Shown: positions 9,866 to 20,009 of the stretch, piece by piece | Layout: every line of letters starts with the position of its first letter | How positions within the stretch are numbered: the first letter of the stretch is position 1 | Assembly: GCA_943356775.1 (NCBI GenBank) | Contig: CALRFU010000003.1 | Coordinates: forward strand, 22,308 to 86,307 | Reading direction: 5' to 3' | DNA: 64,000 bases | DNA from: Candidatus Nomurabacteria bacterium | Lineage (GTDB): Bacteria; Patescibacteriota; Minisyncoccia; Phycocordibacterales; UBA2100 | The notes under the pieces: generated by a model | Told to the model about the DNA's origin: nothing | The model's database searches: none | The model's input: the letters and a program-made list of their open reading frames with translations, nothing else | Made by a program: the position numbers and the translations under genes

Positions 9866-11179
9866 ATGAAATTCGGCGGGACGTCCGTGGGCAATGCAGA
9901 AAGCATTCAAGCTGTTTGCGCCATCGTGCGCAGTGCGCTCAAGGCGAGACCAGTGGTGGTTGTCTCCGCGGTTGCGGGCGTTACAAACGCGCTTATCAAG
10001 CTCGCAAAGACCACATCGGCAACAGAGCGCGTACGCGCTCAGAAAGGAATTCGCCGCACTCATGAAAAGATCCTCAAGGACTTGAGGCTCGATCCGACGC
10101 TACTTGAGAATGAGTTCAACGAACTTGCAGACCTAAGCAAAAAAACAAAGAAACAGGATAAAAAGACGCTCGATCACTTTGTATCATTTGGCGAGCGACT
10201 TTCCGCCCAGATTGTCGGCGCGGCCCTGCAAAAGATGGGTGTCTCCTCCGAAGCTTTACCTGCGTGGGAAATTGGCATGATCACCAATGACGAGTTTGGT
10301 GACGCCACACCGCTCCCCGCTTCACCTGCGCTGATAAAGAAAAAGATCTCCGCGCTCAAAGTTGTGCCAGTCGTTACGGGATACATCGGCAAAACAAGAA
10401 AGGGACGCATTACAACGCTCGGTCGAGGCGGATCAGACTACACAGCAGCGATCATTGGTGCGGCGATCCATGCAGAGGTGATTCAAATCTGGAAAGAAGT
10501 TGATGGATTCATGACGACTGACCCGCGCCTCGTACCCGAGGCGCGGATTGTCCCGGAGCTCGCATTTGAAGAGGCATCAGAACTCGCCTACTTTGGCGCA
10601 AAAGTCTTGCACCCCCGCACCATGCTCCCCGCGATGAAAGCTGGAGTACCCGTACAAATTCTGAATACGTTCAACCCCAAGGAAAAAGGAACGATGATTG
10701 TCAGCAATTTTAACGAACGAAAAAAGTCGAGTCGGGTGATAGATGCGCTTACGTACAGAAAAAATATAACGGTCATCCACATTTATTCTCCGATGTTTTT
10801 TGATGGAAACAAAATTATTGCCGATATCTTTGATCTCTTCGGCGATTACAATGTCAACATCGGTGATATCGCACTATCGGTCGCGAGCGTATCGCTCGTC
10901 ATGGATAGCAATGAGCCACTGCCACGACAGGTGCGGAGCGGTTTGCAAAAAATGGGCGACGTGACTATCGACACACGTAAGGCAGCGATTTGCGTTGTCG
11001 GAGGGAGTATAAACACCGCCGGCGTTGCCGGTCGAATGTTTAGTGTGTTGGAGAAGAATCGCATCCACGTTGAAATGATCGCGCAGGCTTCGGCCGGATA
11101 CAGCATCACATTCCTCGTTAAGAAAAAAGATGCGGAAAAAGCTGTTAAGATGCTTCACAAAGCATATATAAGCGTATAA
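9866..11179 (+). CDS. lysC: Aspartate kinase
   Basis: MKFGGTSVGNAESIQAVCAIV N-terminus, amino-acid kinase fold and C-terminal ACT-like segments. ATG at 9866 preferred over the track start at 9830. Confidence 0.8.
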   Translation: MKFGGTSVGNAESIQAVCAIVRSALKARPVVVVSAVAGVTNALIKLAKTTSATERVRAQKGIRRTHEKILKDLRLDPTLLENEFNELADLSKKTKKQDKKTLDHFVSFGERLSAQIVGAALQKMGVSSEALPAWEIGMITNDEFGDATPLPASPALIKKKISALKVVPVVTGYIGKTRKGRITTLGRGGSDYTAAIIGAAIHAEVIQIWKEVDGFMTTDPRLVPEARIVPELAFEEASELAYFGAKVLHPRTMLPAMKAGVPVQILNTFNPKEKGTMIVSNFNERKKSSRVIDALTYRKNITVIHIYSPMFFDGNKIIADIFDLFGDYNVNIGDIALSVASVSLVMDSNEPLPRQVRSGLQKMGDVTIDTRKAAICVVGGSINTAGVAGRMFSVLEKNRIHVEMIAQASAGYSITFLVKKKDAEKAVKMLHKAYISV

Positions 11180-11189
11180 CATCGTATCT

Positions 11190-12416
11190 ATGAAGGGAAC
11201 TGTACTCATCATCGGTGCGGGGGGCGTCGGATCTGTTGCTGCACACAAATGTGCGATGAATTTGGATGTGTTTAAGAAGATTCACCTCGCAAGTCGGTCG
11301 AGTGCAAAGCCGAATGCGATAAAGAAAGACGTCAAGAAGCGCTGGGGGGTGGACATCACGACGCATGTCGTGGACGCAGACAAAACGAAAGAAGTAGTCG
11401 CGCTCATCAATAAAGTGAAGCCGGAGATTTTGATTAACCTCGCCCTTCCTTACCAAGACCTTGCCGTCATGGACGCATGCATCGCGGCGAAGACGAACTA
11501 TATTGATACCGCAAACTACGAGCACCCGGACAAAGCGCATTTCGAATACAAAGAACAGTGGGCGCGACACGGGGCGTTTAAAAAGGCGGGCATCATGGGC
11601 GTCTTGGGCGCGGGCTTTGACCCAGGTGTCACCAATGCATTCATCGCCTACATTGCCAAAAAGTACTTCGACAAAATTAAGTATGTGGACATTCTTGATG
11701 CCAACGCCGGCAGCCACGGCAAATCGTTTGCTACAAATTTCAATCCAGAGATAAATATCCGCGAAGTGACGCAAGAAGTAAAAGATTGGAACAAAGGAAA
11801 GTGGGTCAAAACTCCCGCGATCATGGAAAAGGGCAGCGTACACTTTACATTTAACTATCCCGTAGCTGGCAAACACGAAAGTTATCTACTCTTTCACGAA
11901 GAGATGGAATCCTTGGTCAAAAACTTTCCGACAGTTGAACGTATGCGCTTTTGGATGACGTTTGGCGAGAATTACCTCACGCACTTGCGCGTGATGGAAT
12001 CAATCGGTATTTCGCGCATTGACCCAGTGATGTTTGAGGGTCGTCCCATTATTCCGATTCAATTCTTGAAAGCACTTCTTCCCGACCCTGCGTCCCTCGC
12101 AACGGGCTACAGCGGCAAGGCGGTCATCGGCTGCATAGTCACCGGTGTAAAAAATGGAAAAGAGAGCACTAAGTACATCTACAACGTCTGTGACCACGCA
12201 CAATGCTTCCGCGAAGTTGGCTCACAGGCAGTTTCGTACACCGCTGGCGTGCCACCGGTAATCGCTGCCATGATGGTGATGAAGGGAATCTGGAAAGGTA
12301 AAGGCGTCTTCAACGTCGAGCAACTCGACCCAGAGCCATTCTTGAATACGCTCGCCAAAAACGGTTTGCCGTACAAAGTGGTCAACTACAAGCCCCTCCC
12401 GGCAAAAATCGGATAG
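11190..12416 (+). CDS. Carboxy(nor)spermidine dehydrogenase (saccharopine dehydrogenase family)
   Basis: MKGTVLIIGAGGVGSVAAHK Rossmann N-terminus. About 408 aa with architecture typical of CASDH. Adjacent to CASDC. Confidence 0.7.
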   Translation: MKGTVLIIGAGGVGSVAAHKCAMNLDVFKKIHLASRSSAKPNAIKKDVKKRWGVDITTHVVDADKTKEVVALINKVKPEILINLALPYQDLAVMDACIAAKTNYIDTANYEHPDKAHFEYKEQWARHGAFKKAGIMGVLGAGFDPGVTNAFIAYIAKKYFDKIKYVDILDANAGSHGKSFATNFNPEINIREVTQEVKDWNKGKWVKTPAIMEKGSVHFTFNYPVAGKHESYLLFHEEMESLVKNFPTVERMRFWMTFGENYLTHLRVMESIGISRIDPVMFEGRPIIPIQFLKALLPDPASLATGYSGKAVIGCIVTGVKNGKESTKYIYNVCDHAQCFREVGSQAVSYTAGVPPVIAAMMVMKGIWKGKGVFNVEQLDPEPFLNTLAKNGLPYKVVNYKPLPAKIG

Positions 12417-12417
12417 A

Positions 12418-13644
12418 ATGAACGCAATGAACAAAAGACCTGCTTCGGCCGTTGACGTGTCGAAGATGCAGACGCCTGCCTTTGTGATTGAAGAAACGCT
12501 TCTTCGACACAATTTGGGTATCTTGAAGTACATCCGTGAGAAAACAGGAGCAAAGGTACTGCACGCACTGAAAGCGTATGCGACATGGGAACTCCTCCCG
12601 ATGGAGCGTGAATACATTGATGGCACAGAAGCCAGTTCGTTAAACGAAGCGCGATTAGGCTACGAGGAATTTGGCGCTGAAGTGCATATGTTTGCGCCGG
12701 CGTATAAAGAAGAGGAATTCGAGGACGTGATGAAATACTGCAGCACCATTATTTTCAATTCATTTGCGCAGTGGAAAAAATTCAAGCCACAGGTTGAGGC
12801 ATACAAAGCAAAGGCTGGAAAAGAAATCGAGTGCGGTTTGCGCATCAACCCTGAATACTCGGGACCCTCTGAACATGGCAACCTTTGGAGTCCGACTGCA
12901 CCTGGCTCCCGCCTTGGTGTGCGTATCAGCGAATTTAACGCCGGGCTTGCCGCAGACCCAAACGCTCTAGCCGGCATTTCCGGTCTTCATTTCCATATTT
13001 TCTTTGAGAAAGACTTGGCGGATTTACGTGCAGCGCTTCCGGTCATCGAAGAAAAATTCGGTGAGTATTTCAAGCACATGGAGTGGGTTAACTTTGGTGG
13101 CGGACTCAAGCTGACCGATGATTCGGCTGACGTCGAAGGATACATCGAGACTATCAATGCATTTCAGAAAAAACATGACGTGCATGTGCACCTCGAGCCC
13201 GGTGCGGCGATCGCGTGGTGGGCAGGCTCGCTTGTGGCAACTGTTTTGGACATTATCGAGCGCGATGATGTGCCCCATAAAATCGCTGTTCTTGATATTT
13301 CGTTTGAAAACCACTTGACCGACTTTTTTGTGAGTCCTGATATAGATCTTAAAGTTCGTGGCGCGGACATTGAAAGAGACGATTCGAAATTGGCAGGCAA
13401 AAACGCCTACAAACTCGGCGGCATGACGTGTATCGCCGGTGATCAGATGCCGTATGCCCACATCTTCCCTTCTCAGCTAAAAATCGGCGACAAAATTGTG
13501 ATTGATGATGCGATTCAGTACACACTGATTAAATGCACAATGTTTAATGGCGTACAGCATCCCGCAATACAGCTTTGGAAGGATGGCGCACCAAAGACAC
13601 TGCGCGAGTTTACGTACGAAGATTACCGGGCTAGGATGGGCTAA
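12418..13644 (+). CDS. nspC: Carboxy(nor)spermidine decarboxylase
   Basis: QTPAFVIEETLLRHNLGIL N-terminal motif and fold-III decarboxylase architecture, about 400 aa. Start may be an internal Met. Confidence 0.7.
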   Translation: MNAMNKRPASAVDVSKMQTPAFVIEETLLRHNLGILKYIREKTGAKVLHALKAYATWELLPMEREYIDGTEASSLNEARLGYEEFGAEVHMFAPAYKEEEFEDVMKYCSTIIFNSFAQWKKFKPQVEAYKAKAGKEIECGLRINPEYSGPSEHGNLWSPTAPGSRLGVRISEFNAGLAADPNALAGISGLHFHIFFEKDLADLRAALPVIEEKFGEYFKHMEWVNFGGGLKLTDDSADVEGYIETINAFQKKHDVHVHLEPGAAIAWWAGSLVATVLDIIERDDVPHKIAVLDISFENHLTDFFVSPDIDLKVRGADIERDDSKLAGKNAYKLGGMTCIAGDQMPYAHIFPSQLKIGDKIVIDDAIQYTLIKCTMFNGVQHPAIQLWKDGAPKTLREFTYEDYRARMG

Positions 13645-14687
13645 TGGACTCAAAAGACTTTGATCCGAACGGCGTGGGACAAGAAGGAAGCGGGATTTTT
13701 GGGCTACCGTATTCGCCCGATGAGGCTCAGGTGGTTTTGATTCCAGCGCCATGGGGTGTCACCGTTTCGTACGGAGGCGGTACGCACAATGCACCAAAAG
13801 CGATATACGAAGCCTCTCCTCAAATAGACTACGCGCATCCGAGCTATGGAAATGACACATGGAAAGTAGGCGTTTCAATGCTTCCCCTTCCAGAATGGGA
13901 CGATGCCTACACGCAAGGGGTTGCGTTGCGCGAACAGGCAAAGGCACACATTGAATCCCTTGAGCATGGCAACTCCGAGAAGGCGCCCAAAACGATTAAT
14001 GATGCGTGCGAACAATTCCATGCGCGTGTAGAAAAAACCGCGACAGAATTGCTCGAACAAAATAAATTAGTGGGACTTGTAGGCGGCGATCACTCGACAC
14101 CGCTTGGACTCATGCGCGCACTCGCGAAAAAGCATGAGAATTTCGGCGTTTTACAGATTGACGCACACTGTGATTTGCGCGAGAGCTACGAAGGATTCAC
14201 GTATTCGCACGCATCTATTATGACGAACGCACTCAAATTGCCGCAGATTGAAAAACTTGTCCAAGTCGGCGTACGCGACTATTCAATCGGCGAAAGCGAC
14301 ACCATCAAGAACTCGGGCGGAAGAATTCAAACTTTCTTTGACGCAGATATAAAAAAACGCCAGTTTGAAGGTGGTGCGTGGGCTACACTCGTGAAAGGTA
14401 TTGTGAGCGCGCTTCCTGAAAAAGTGTATGTGAGTCTCGACATCGACGGCTTAAACCCCTCGCTCTGCCCCAATACCGGCACTCCCGTCCCCGGCGGACT
14501 CCAATTTGAAGAAGCCGTGTACTTGCTACAAGCGGTCGCAGAGAGTGGTAAGAAAATCATTGGATTTGATGTAAACGAGGTAAGTCCGTCTGATACTACC
14601 GAGTGGAATGAAAACGTCGGCATGCGCATTCTGTGGAACCTCGCCCTGTGGGCAGCGAAGTCGAACAACATCAAACCCCTGCTTTAA
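13644..14687 (+). CDS. speB: Agmatinase (arginase/ureohydrolase family)
   Basis: GGDHS, DAHCD and SLDIDGLNP manganese-binding motifs of the arginase family. Gene context is polyamine synthesis. Confidence 0.7.
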   Translation: MDSKDFDPNGVGQEGSGIFGLPYSPDEAQVVLIPAPWGVTVSYGGGTHNAPKAIYEASPQIDYAHPSYGNDTWKVGVSMLPLPEWDDAYTQGVALREQAKAHIESLEHGNSEKAPKTINDACEQFHARVEKTATELLEQNKLVGLVGGDHSTPLGLMRALAKKHENFGVLQIDAHCDLRESYEGFTYSHASIMTNALKLPQIEKLVQVGVRDYSIGESDTIKNSGGRIQTFFDADIKKRQFEGGAWATLVKGIVSALPEKVYVSLDIDGLNPSLCPNTGTPVPGGLQFEEAVYLLQAVAESGKKIIGFDVNEVSPSDTTEWNENVGMRILWNLALWAAKSNNIKPLL

Positions 14688-14900
14688 TCTTATCCACACA
14701 CCCCCAACCCAAAAACACCCGTTGGTTTCGTGCCGGGGTGTTTTTTGTTTTTCAAGTACCAACTCCCTCTCTCATTACAGGTGTGTGTCAAGCTCCGCAT
14801 TCACGCCACGGGCGCGTACACCTCTAGCTACGCGTCAGTCGGCTTCAACGGCTTCGCCCCCTTGCCGACGTACTGGATCTAACAATTACTTACCAAACAC

Positions 14901-14926
14901 AAAACCGCCCCTCCCGGGGCGGTTTT
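14901..14926. terminator. Bidirectional rho-independent terminator hairpin (AAAACCGCCCC-TCC-GGGGCGGTTTT)
   Basis: Perfect GC-rich stem flanked by an A-tract on one side and a T-tract on the other. Confidence 0.6.
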
Positions 14927-14948
14927 GTGTTTGCACAAGAATATAAAA

Positions 14949-15224
14949 TCAATCCATGGGATATGCCGTCCAGCCTTCGACTCCGCCGTAATTCTGCCAC
15001 TCTGCCGTGTAGGTTGAGCCGTATGCTCCGTCAACGAGCTTGTACTTCAATTCAGGTCGACCAGTTACCTTACTCATTGACATACCTACAACTTCCGCCT
15101 TTCTGGGTTCGCTCAGTTTTCCGTCGTTCCCTATAACACGTATGTCCACCACTCCGGGAGCTTCCTTTCCCTCTTTCATACCTTTCCTCTCGGGCGCTTT
15201 GGGTCCTCGGCTTTCTAACGACAT
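14949..15224 (-). CDS. Small hypothetical protein (91 aa) downstream of the 16S rRNA gene
   Basis: ORF only. No SD sequence. Sits between the 16S processing stem and the terminator at 14901-14926. Confidence 0.25.
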   Translation of the reverse strand: MSLESRGPKAPERKGMKEGKEAPGVVDIRVIGNDGKLSEPRKAEVVGMSMSKVTGRPELKYKLVDGAYGSTYTAEWQNYGGVEGWTAYPMD

Positions 15225-15627
15225 ATAGCGTACATGATTACTATTATTGAATAATTATTGCACGGACAAGAAATCTCGCAACTCCCCGTATCAACAACCA
15301 AAAAAACACCGTGCCCATAAGGGTCGGCGTTTTTTGTAATTGTCGCAATCGAGAAACAAACACTCAGACACAGTAAACAGTTTTATCCCCAAAGGGGACT
15401 GCGATTTGTAACCAAGCTAAAGCTTGGACAAATCGGGAGCATTCTTTTGTTCCGTCCATCTGTAATCGTCTTTGCGATCTGTCAGGCATCAGTTGAGGTG
15501 TGAATGCCATTACCTCTTGTGCGCTCGATCGAGACGCACAAATCGACGATAAGCTTCTCTCCCGAAGGAGATCAGCAGATCTTTTTTGAATGATTCCACG
15601 ACCAGCTTCCGCTAGCCGTGCCTTGTT

Positions 15628-16291
15628 CTTTGTGTTAGCTCTATGTCGCCATAGAGTTCGGACTATATCTTCATCCGCTTTTTGCGGAGATTGGCGTGTA
15701 GTCTCTGAGGATTCTACCGTGCATTGCCTTTGCGAGCTCTTTCATTTCTTCGAATCCTTTATCCGTGAGATGAGTTTGAGCTTCAAAACGCTTTGCGATA
15801 TCCACGAACCTCTCGAAAGCAAACTTCTTGCTTTTAAAAAGCAATGGGTGCTTCTGAAAGAACGGGATAATCTTTGTCTTGATATCTTTGTAATTCTTTA
15901 CCTGATATTCAAGACAGTTCGAGAATGTTGGTCTTTCATCGATCTTCTTATAAACGATTCCGCAACGGAAGAAGTCACGAATTTCATACAAGATCATTCC
16001 ATCATCCTCTTTCAACTTAACTCCAAACATCAGTCGTACTCTCAAAGACTTGTATGTCTTCGAAAGATCTTGGCTCACGCTGACGGAAAAGTATCCTTCT
16101 CCATCAATGATGCCGACGACATAGTCGGGTGTTAATTTCGGTAGCCTTTCCTGCTGATTGCCTGCACTCAAAGCATTGTCACTCACGGGTACATTTTACC
16201 ACGTGAGTAGCCTGAGATTCTCAGATATTCCAGCATATAGCCAATTTTTTCTCCGGAGATTGCTCTCCGTGGTCGCAACAATTTAATCATA
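15628..16291 (-). mobile_element. Group I intron in 16S rRNA at the position equivalent to E. coli 1506 (GTCGT|AACAAGG)
   Basis: Exon sequence resumes exactly across the insert. Group I R element (TCAGAGACTACA, rc at 15706-15718) and S element (AAGATATAGTCC, rc at 15660-15671) are present near the 3' end. The 5' exon ends in U and the intron ends in G. Confidence 0.75.
15671..16186 (-). CDS. LAGLIDADG homing endonuclease encoded in the 16S intron
   Basis: VVGIIDGEGYFSVSVSQD LAGLIDADG motif. 171 aa. AT-richer than the host genes. Confidence 0.75.
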   Translation of the reverse strand: MSDNALSAGNQQERLPKLTPDYVVGIIDGEGYFSVSVSQDLSKTYKSLRVRLMFGVKLKEDDGMILYEIRDFFRCGIVYKKIDERPTFSNCLEYQVKNYKDIKTKIIPFFQKHPLLFKSKKFAFERFVDIAKRFEAQTHLTDKGFEEMKELAKAMHGRILRDYTPISAKSG

Positions 16292-16844
16292 ACGACTTAC
16301 TCTTTGTCATTGAGTTTGCCTTGGTACATTACGAGAATGTCCTTCGGGCACTCCCAACTTCCCTGAGTTGACGGGCGGTGAGTACAAAGCTTGAGAACGT
16401 ATTCACCGCGGTATGGCTGACCCGCGATTACTAGTGATTCCGGCTTCATGAGGTCGGGTTGCAGACCTCAATCCGAACTGGCGCCGCTTTTGAAAGATTT
16501 GCTCCGGGTTACCCCATTGCGCCTCGTTGTAACGGCGATTGTAGCGCGTGTGCAGCCCAGGACATCAGAGGGACATGCTGACTTGGCGTCATCTCCACCT
16601 TCCTCCCCCGTGAGGGGGCAGTCTCGCCTGATACGTGTAACAGGCAACGAAGGTTGCGTTCGTTACCCCACTGAAGGGAACGATTCAAACCACGAACTGA
16701 CGACAGCCATGCATCACCTGTCCTACACCCTCGAAGGCTTCCTAGCTTTCGCTAGGCGTGCAGTAGGATTTCTAGCCCTGGTAAGGTTCTTCGCTTAGCG
16801 ACGAATTAAGCCACACGCTCCACCACTTGTGCAAGCTCCCGTCT

Positions 16845-16876
<32 letters not shown>

Positions 16877-18180
16877 ACCCAGGCGGTCCGCTTAACGCGT
16901 TAGCTTCGCCTCAGAGAGGGTCGATACTCCCTAAAGCCAGCGGACATAGTTTAGGGCGTGGACTACCGGGGTATCTAATCCCGTTCGCTACCCACGCTTT
17001 CGTGCTTGAGTGTCAGGAACGCGCCAGTGCACTGCCTTCGCTTTCGGTATTCCCCATGATATCAACGGATTTCACCCCTACACCATGAGTTCTATGCACC
17101 TCTCACGCCCTCAAGTCGTGCCGTTTCGCCCGCGGATCCAGGGTTGAGCCCTGGGTTTTGACGGACGACTAACACGACCACCTACGCACTCTTTACGCCC
17201 AGTAATTCCGGGTAACGCTCGGGGCCTCTGTATTACCGCTCCTGCTGGCACAGAGTTAGGAGCCCCTTATTCATGAGGTAATGTCAATAACTTCTTCCCT
17301 CATAAAAGATGTTTACGCGCCGAAGCGCTTCATCCACCACGCGGTATCGCTCGATCAGGCTTTCGCCCATTGTCGAATATTCTCGGCTGCGGCCCCCCGT
17401 AGGGGTATGAGCCGTGTCTCAGTCTCATCGGTGGGGGTCAGCCTCTCAGCTCCCCTAAACGTCATAGCCTTGGTGAGCCATTACCTCACCAACTAGCTGA
17501 TATTACGCAGGCCGCTCCCAGAGCGAATTGCTCCTTTACTCTTACGAGACTATCCGGGATTACCTCACCTTTCGGCGAGCTATACCAGACTCTGGGGGAC
17601 GTTCCTACGTGTTACTACCTCGTCTGCCGGTGACCTTGCGGTCCCCTTGACTTGCATGCCTTATCCATACCGCCAGCGTTCACCCTGAGCTAGGATCAAA
17701 CTCTAAGTAAAGAATGACTCTCGTCATTCCCTCGCGTTTTCACTCGGGCGAAAATGAAAGCATAGCTCTCACCTCGTCTCCTCGCTATTGCGCAATTTAG
17801 AGATGTTAATGCTCTATTTAAGGATGGACGGAACAAAAGAATGTCGAAATCTTCTTTGCAGAAAATTTCGTCTCTCGTTCCAATTACTGTTTATTTACTT
17901 AACCATGAAATCCTCCTGAGACTCCATGATTATTTTCTGTTGTCTTGCTTTACCCTTCGTAGTCACGTCTAGATACACGTGACGAAGTAGGGCTTGTGTG
18001 TGTTTTCTTACCAATACTTTGGTTATGTATTGCGTACAATTGTTCTATTCAGTTTTCAATGTTCGTCCGAAGTCATTCATAGAAGTATTTCGGTGCATCA
18101 GCTCCCTCCCCCTATTTGGGGTCAAGTATGTAGAGGTTCGAGTGAACCTCAGACAAGCCATCAGGAGCGATGGTCGGAAG

Positions 18181-18209
18181 AGTATAGGCGGTCTGCCATA
18201 TAGTGTCAA
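18181..18209 (-). promoter_or_regulatory. Candidate sigma70-type promoter of the 16S rRNA gene (TTGACA-N17-TATACT on the minus strand)
   Basis: rc of 18181-18209 reads TTGACACTATATGGCAGACCGCCTATACT. Same hexamers and spacing as the 23S promoter candidate. Confidence 0.5.
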
Positions 18210-18251
18210 GCAATTCTGCCTGCCTGTGGAAAACAGACAGCCGCCGGACGA

Positions 18252-18632
18252 TTAATAATCGACCGGCGGCATCAATGACGTCTTTTGTCTGGAAATCGAT
18301 GAGCTCATCACAGCCAGCGGAAGCGTGCCACAGGGCGTCTTGCAGGGCCGGCGCGTAATCATATTGGCTGCCATCGCCCTACGCAATAACGCAATTTCCT
18401 TCGCCGTGCAGTCACGCACATACAGGCAACCGGTCGCGGCAGAGGCCTTGGAATCAAAACCTTCGATCCTGACGATCTCGAAGACGCCCATTTCAAGATC
18501 GATATGCACTTTTCCCTCCTCGCTTACTACGAGGGATTTTACGTCCTTGGTCGATACTCCTGACATCGGAGTCATCCTTCTCTCTGGAGAACAATGCGGA
18601 AACGGAAATCTCACCATGAGAATTCCTCGCAA
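18252..18632 (-). CDS. Hypothetical protein (GC-rich island)
   Basis: ORF with protein-like composition (KDVKSLVVSEEGKVHIDLEMGVFEIVRIEGFDSK). The overlapping plus-strand ORF is low-complexity. No family recognised. Confidence 0.3.
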   Translation of the reverse strand: MRGILMVRFPFPHCSPERRMTPMSGVSTKDVKSLVVSEEGKVHIDLEMGVFEIVRIEGFDSKASAATGCLYVRDCTAKEIALLRRAMAANMITRRPCKTPCGTLPLAVMSSSISRQKTSLMPPVDY

Positions 18633-18804
18633 TCAAACCCTAACAGAAGCGCTATGCCATTGTCAAAAATGTTGATATCGCCTTGACACTCACGCAACGC
18701 AGATATACCCTTGTAGTAATGAAAGTGATGCAGAACTCAGGCCTCCTTCTTAGTCTCTCTAACCTCCGAGGGGCTGTCGCCTAGTACACAAAAATAAGAC
18801 AGAA

Positions 18805-18838
18805 AAACAAACGGCCCCTCACAGGGGGCCGTTTTCGT
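18805..18838. terminator. Bidirectional terminator hairpin (GGCCCCTCACAGGGGGCC with flanking A/T tracts)
   Basis: Stem at 18813-18830 with a T-tract after it on both strands. Confidence 0.45.
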
Positions 18839-18954
18839 TGACTGGAATCTGCTCCGAAAATATCGAATCAGATTCTAGGTAACGAGATCGCTGAAATCTC
18901 ATCACCTAGAAGCCGTGCGTACTGGCGGCGGAGTTCTTTTCGGAAAACAGATCA

Positions 18955-19260
18955 ATGGGGAGAAAAAAAGTGAGCGGAAAGACTGTCGATAAGCTGGCTG
19001 CCCGAGTTGCAGCCATTTCCGGACGCGTGGACGGAATCACTCAACTCACCATCGGCGCAGTGACGGCAAAGGGTTCCGGCGGTCACACACGCAAAGTACG
19101 ATTCGCCGATATGGTGGGCGGATTCGAACTTCGGGTGAAAAACGGGAACGTAACTCAACCTGTCTACGTTTACACGCCAGACGTGCAAGCGGTACGGCTC
19201 GCCGTCTCGCGTGCTCTGCGCAACCAAGACATCAGCATCTGCTTTACTGGCAATGACTGA
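18955..19260 (+). CDS. Hypothetical protein (GC-rich island)
   Basis: ORF followed by a plus-strand terminator-like hairpin at about 19270-19330. The antisense ORF 18952-19347 is judged spurious. Confidence 0.35.
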   Translation: MGRKKVSGKTVDKLAARVAAISGRVDGITQLTIGAVTAKGSGGHTRKVRFADMVGGFELRVKNGNVTQPVYVYTPDVQAVRLAVSRALRNQDISICFTGND

Positions 19261-19621
19261 GTCAGCCCAAGACCGCCGCATCTCTAATTCTTCGGAATTA
19301 TGGGGTGCGGCGGCCTTACTTTTGTTCCCCTCAGACCTATTGGACAAATCCGCGAAAAGGATTACTGTTGGGGAAAGGCTTATGATTTAAATCGCTCCGG
19401 AAATCCACCCTAAGCATCCGAACATGGTGTTCGTGATGTGGGGTGGCTTTTACATTTGTTTTCCGGAGCGTGTGCCCCACCTTCCCCATTTCTAGATTCT
19501 CGGAGACATACCTTCCGGAACGCAATTCCGCGTTTTCGGATGCAGGCGTGAAGAGCCGCATTGATCTTTTGATCTTTGACTCTTTTCGTCTGCATCATGC
19601 CGGAAACCTGAGGAGGCATAT

Positions 19622-19913
19622 CATGAGACTGCACATTTCTCCGTTGAACGGTTCGCGCGAAAAGGTCGAGGCGTATCTAAAGCAGGCCCTGCCGACCATC
19701 GAAATCAACTTCGATGGGTCGGATAAGGCAGGCTACGACGCTGTTGGAGTTCTGGAGGTGTCGGAATTCGATCGCTTCCAGGAATTCCCGCAGATCCTCG
19801 AGCTAGCCGGCCGCAACATCGTGCAGGCGATCGGCAACCGTGCCCATGTACTCTGTCACGTCGGCAGAAACCCGGAAATCAAATGGGTGAACGATCCGAA
19901 CGAAGACTGGTAA
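19622..19913 (+). CDS. Hypothetical protein (97 aa)
   Basis: ATG preceded by a strong SD GAGGAGG with 6-nt spacing. Followed by the terminator at 19942-19972. Confidence 0.45.
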
Positions 19914-19941
19914 AGGCTGACCTGGATGAATCATCGAAGAG

Positions 19942-19972
19942 GGCGGCGATTGCAAAATCGCCGCTTTTCCTT
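19942..19972 (+). terminator. Rho-independent terminator (GGCGGCGATTGCAAAATCGCCGC + TTTTCC)
   Basis: Perfect hairpin followed by a T-run. Confidence 0.5.
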
Positions 19973-19975
19973 TAC

Positions 19976-20004
19976 TTGACGATACGAATCGATGCGGTTA
20001 CACT
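19976..20004 (+). promoter_or_regulatory. Candidate promoter TTGACG-N17-TACACT driving the T-box leader
   Basis: Hexamers with 17-nt spacer, immediately upstream of the leader. Confidence 0.45.
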
Positions 20005-20009
20005 CGACG

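Noticed and set aside
17994-18255. Two small plus-strand ORFs (17994-18203, 17998-18255).
   Set aside because: They lie in the 16S leader and promoter region, have no SD and are antisense to the rRNA primary transcript.
19100-19125. tRNA-like 3' end (GTTCGAATCCGCCCACCA on the minus strand).
   Set aside because: The upstream sequence does not form an acceptor stem or D or anticodon arms. It is a coincidental match inside a coding region.
18952-19347. 131-aa minus-strand ORF against the plus-strand ORF 18955-19260.
   Set aside because: The two are mutually exclusive. The plus ORF is followed by a plus-strand terminator-like hairpin and has more protein-like composition. Neither is certain.
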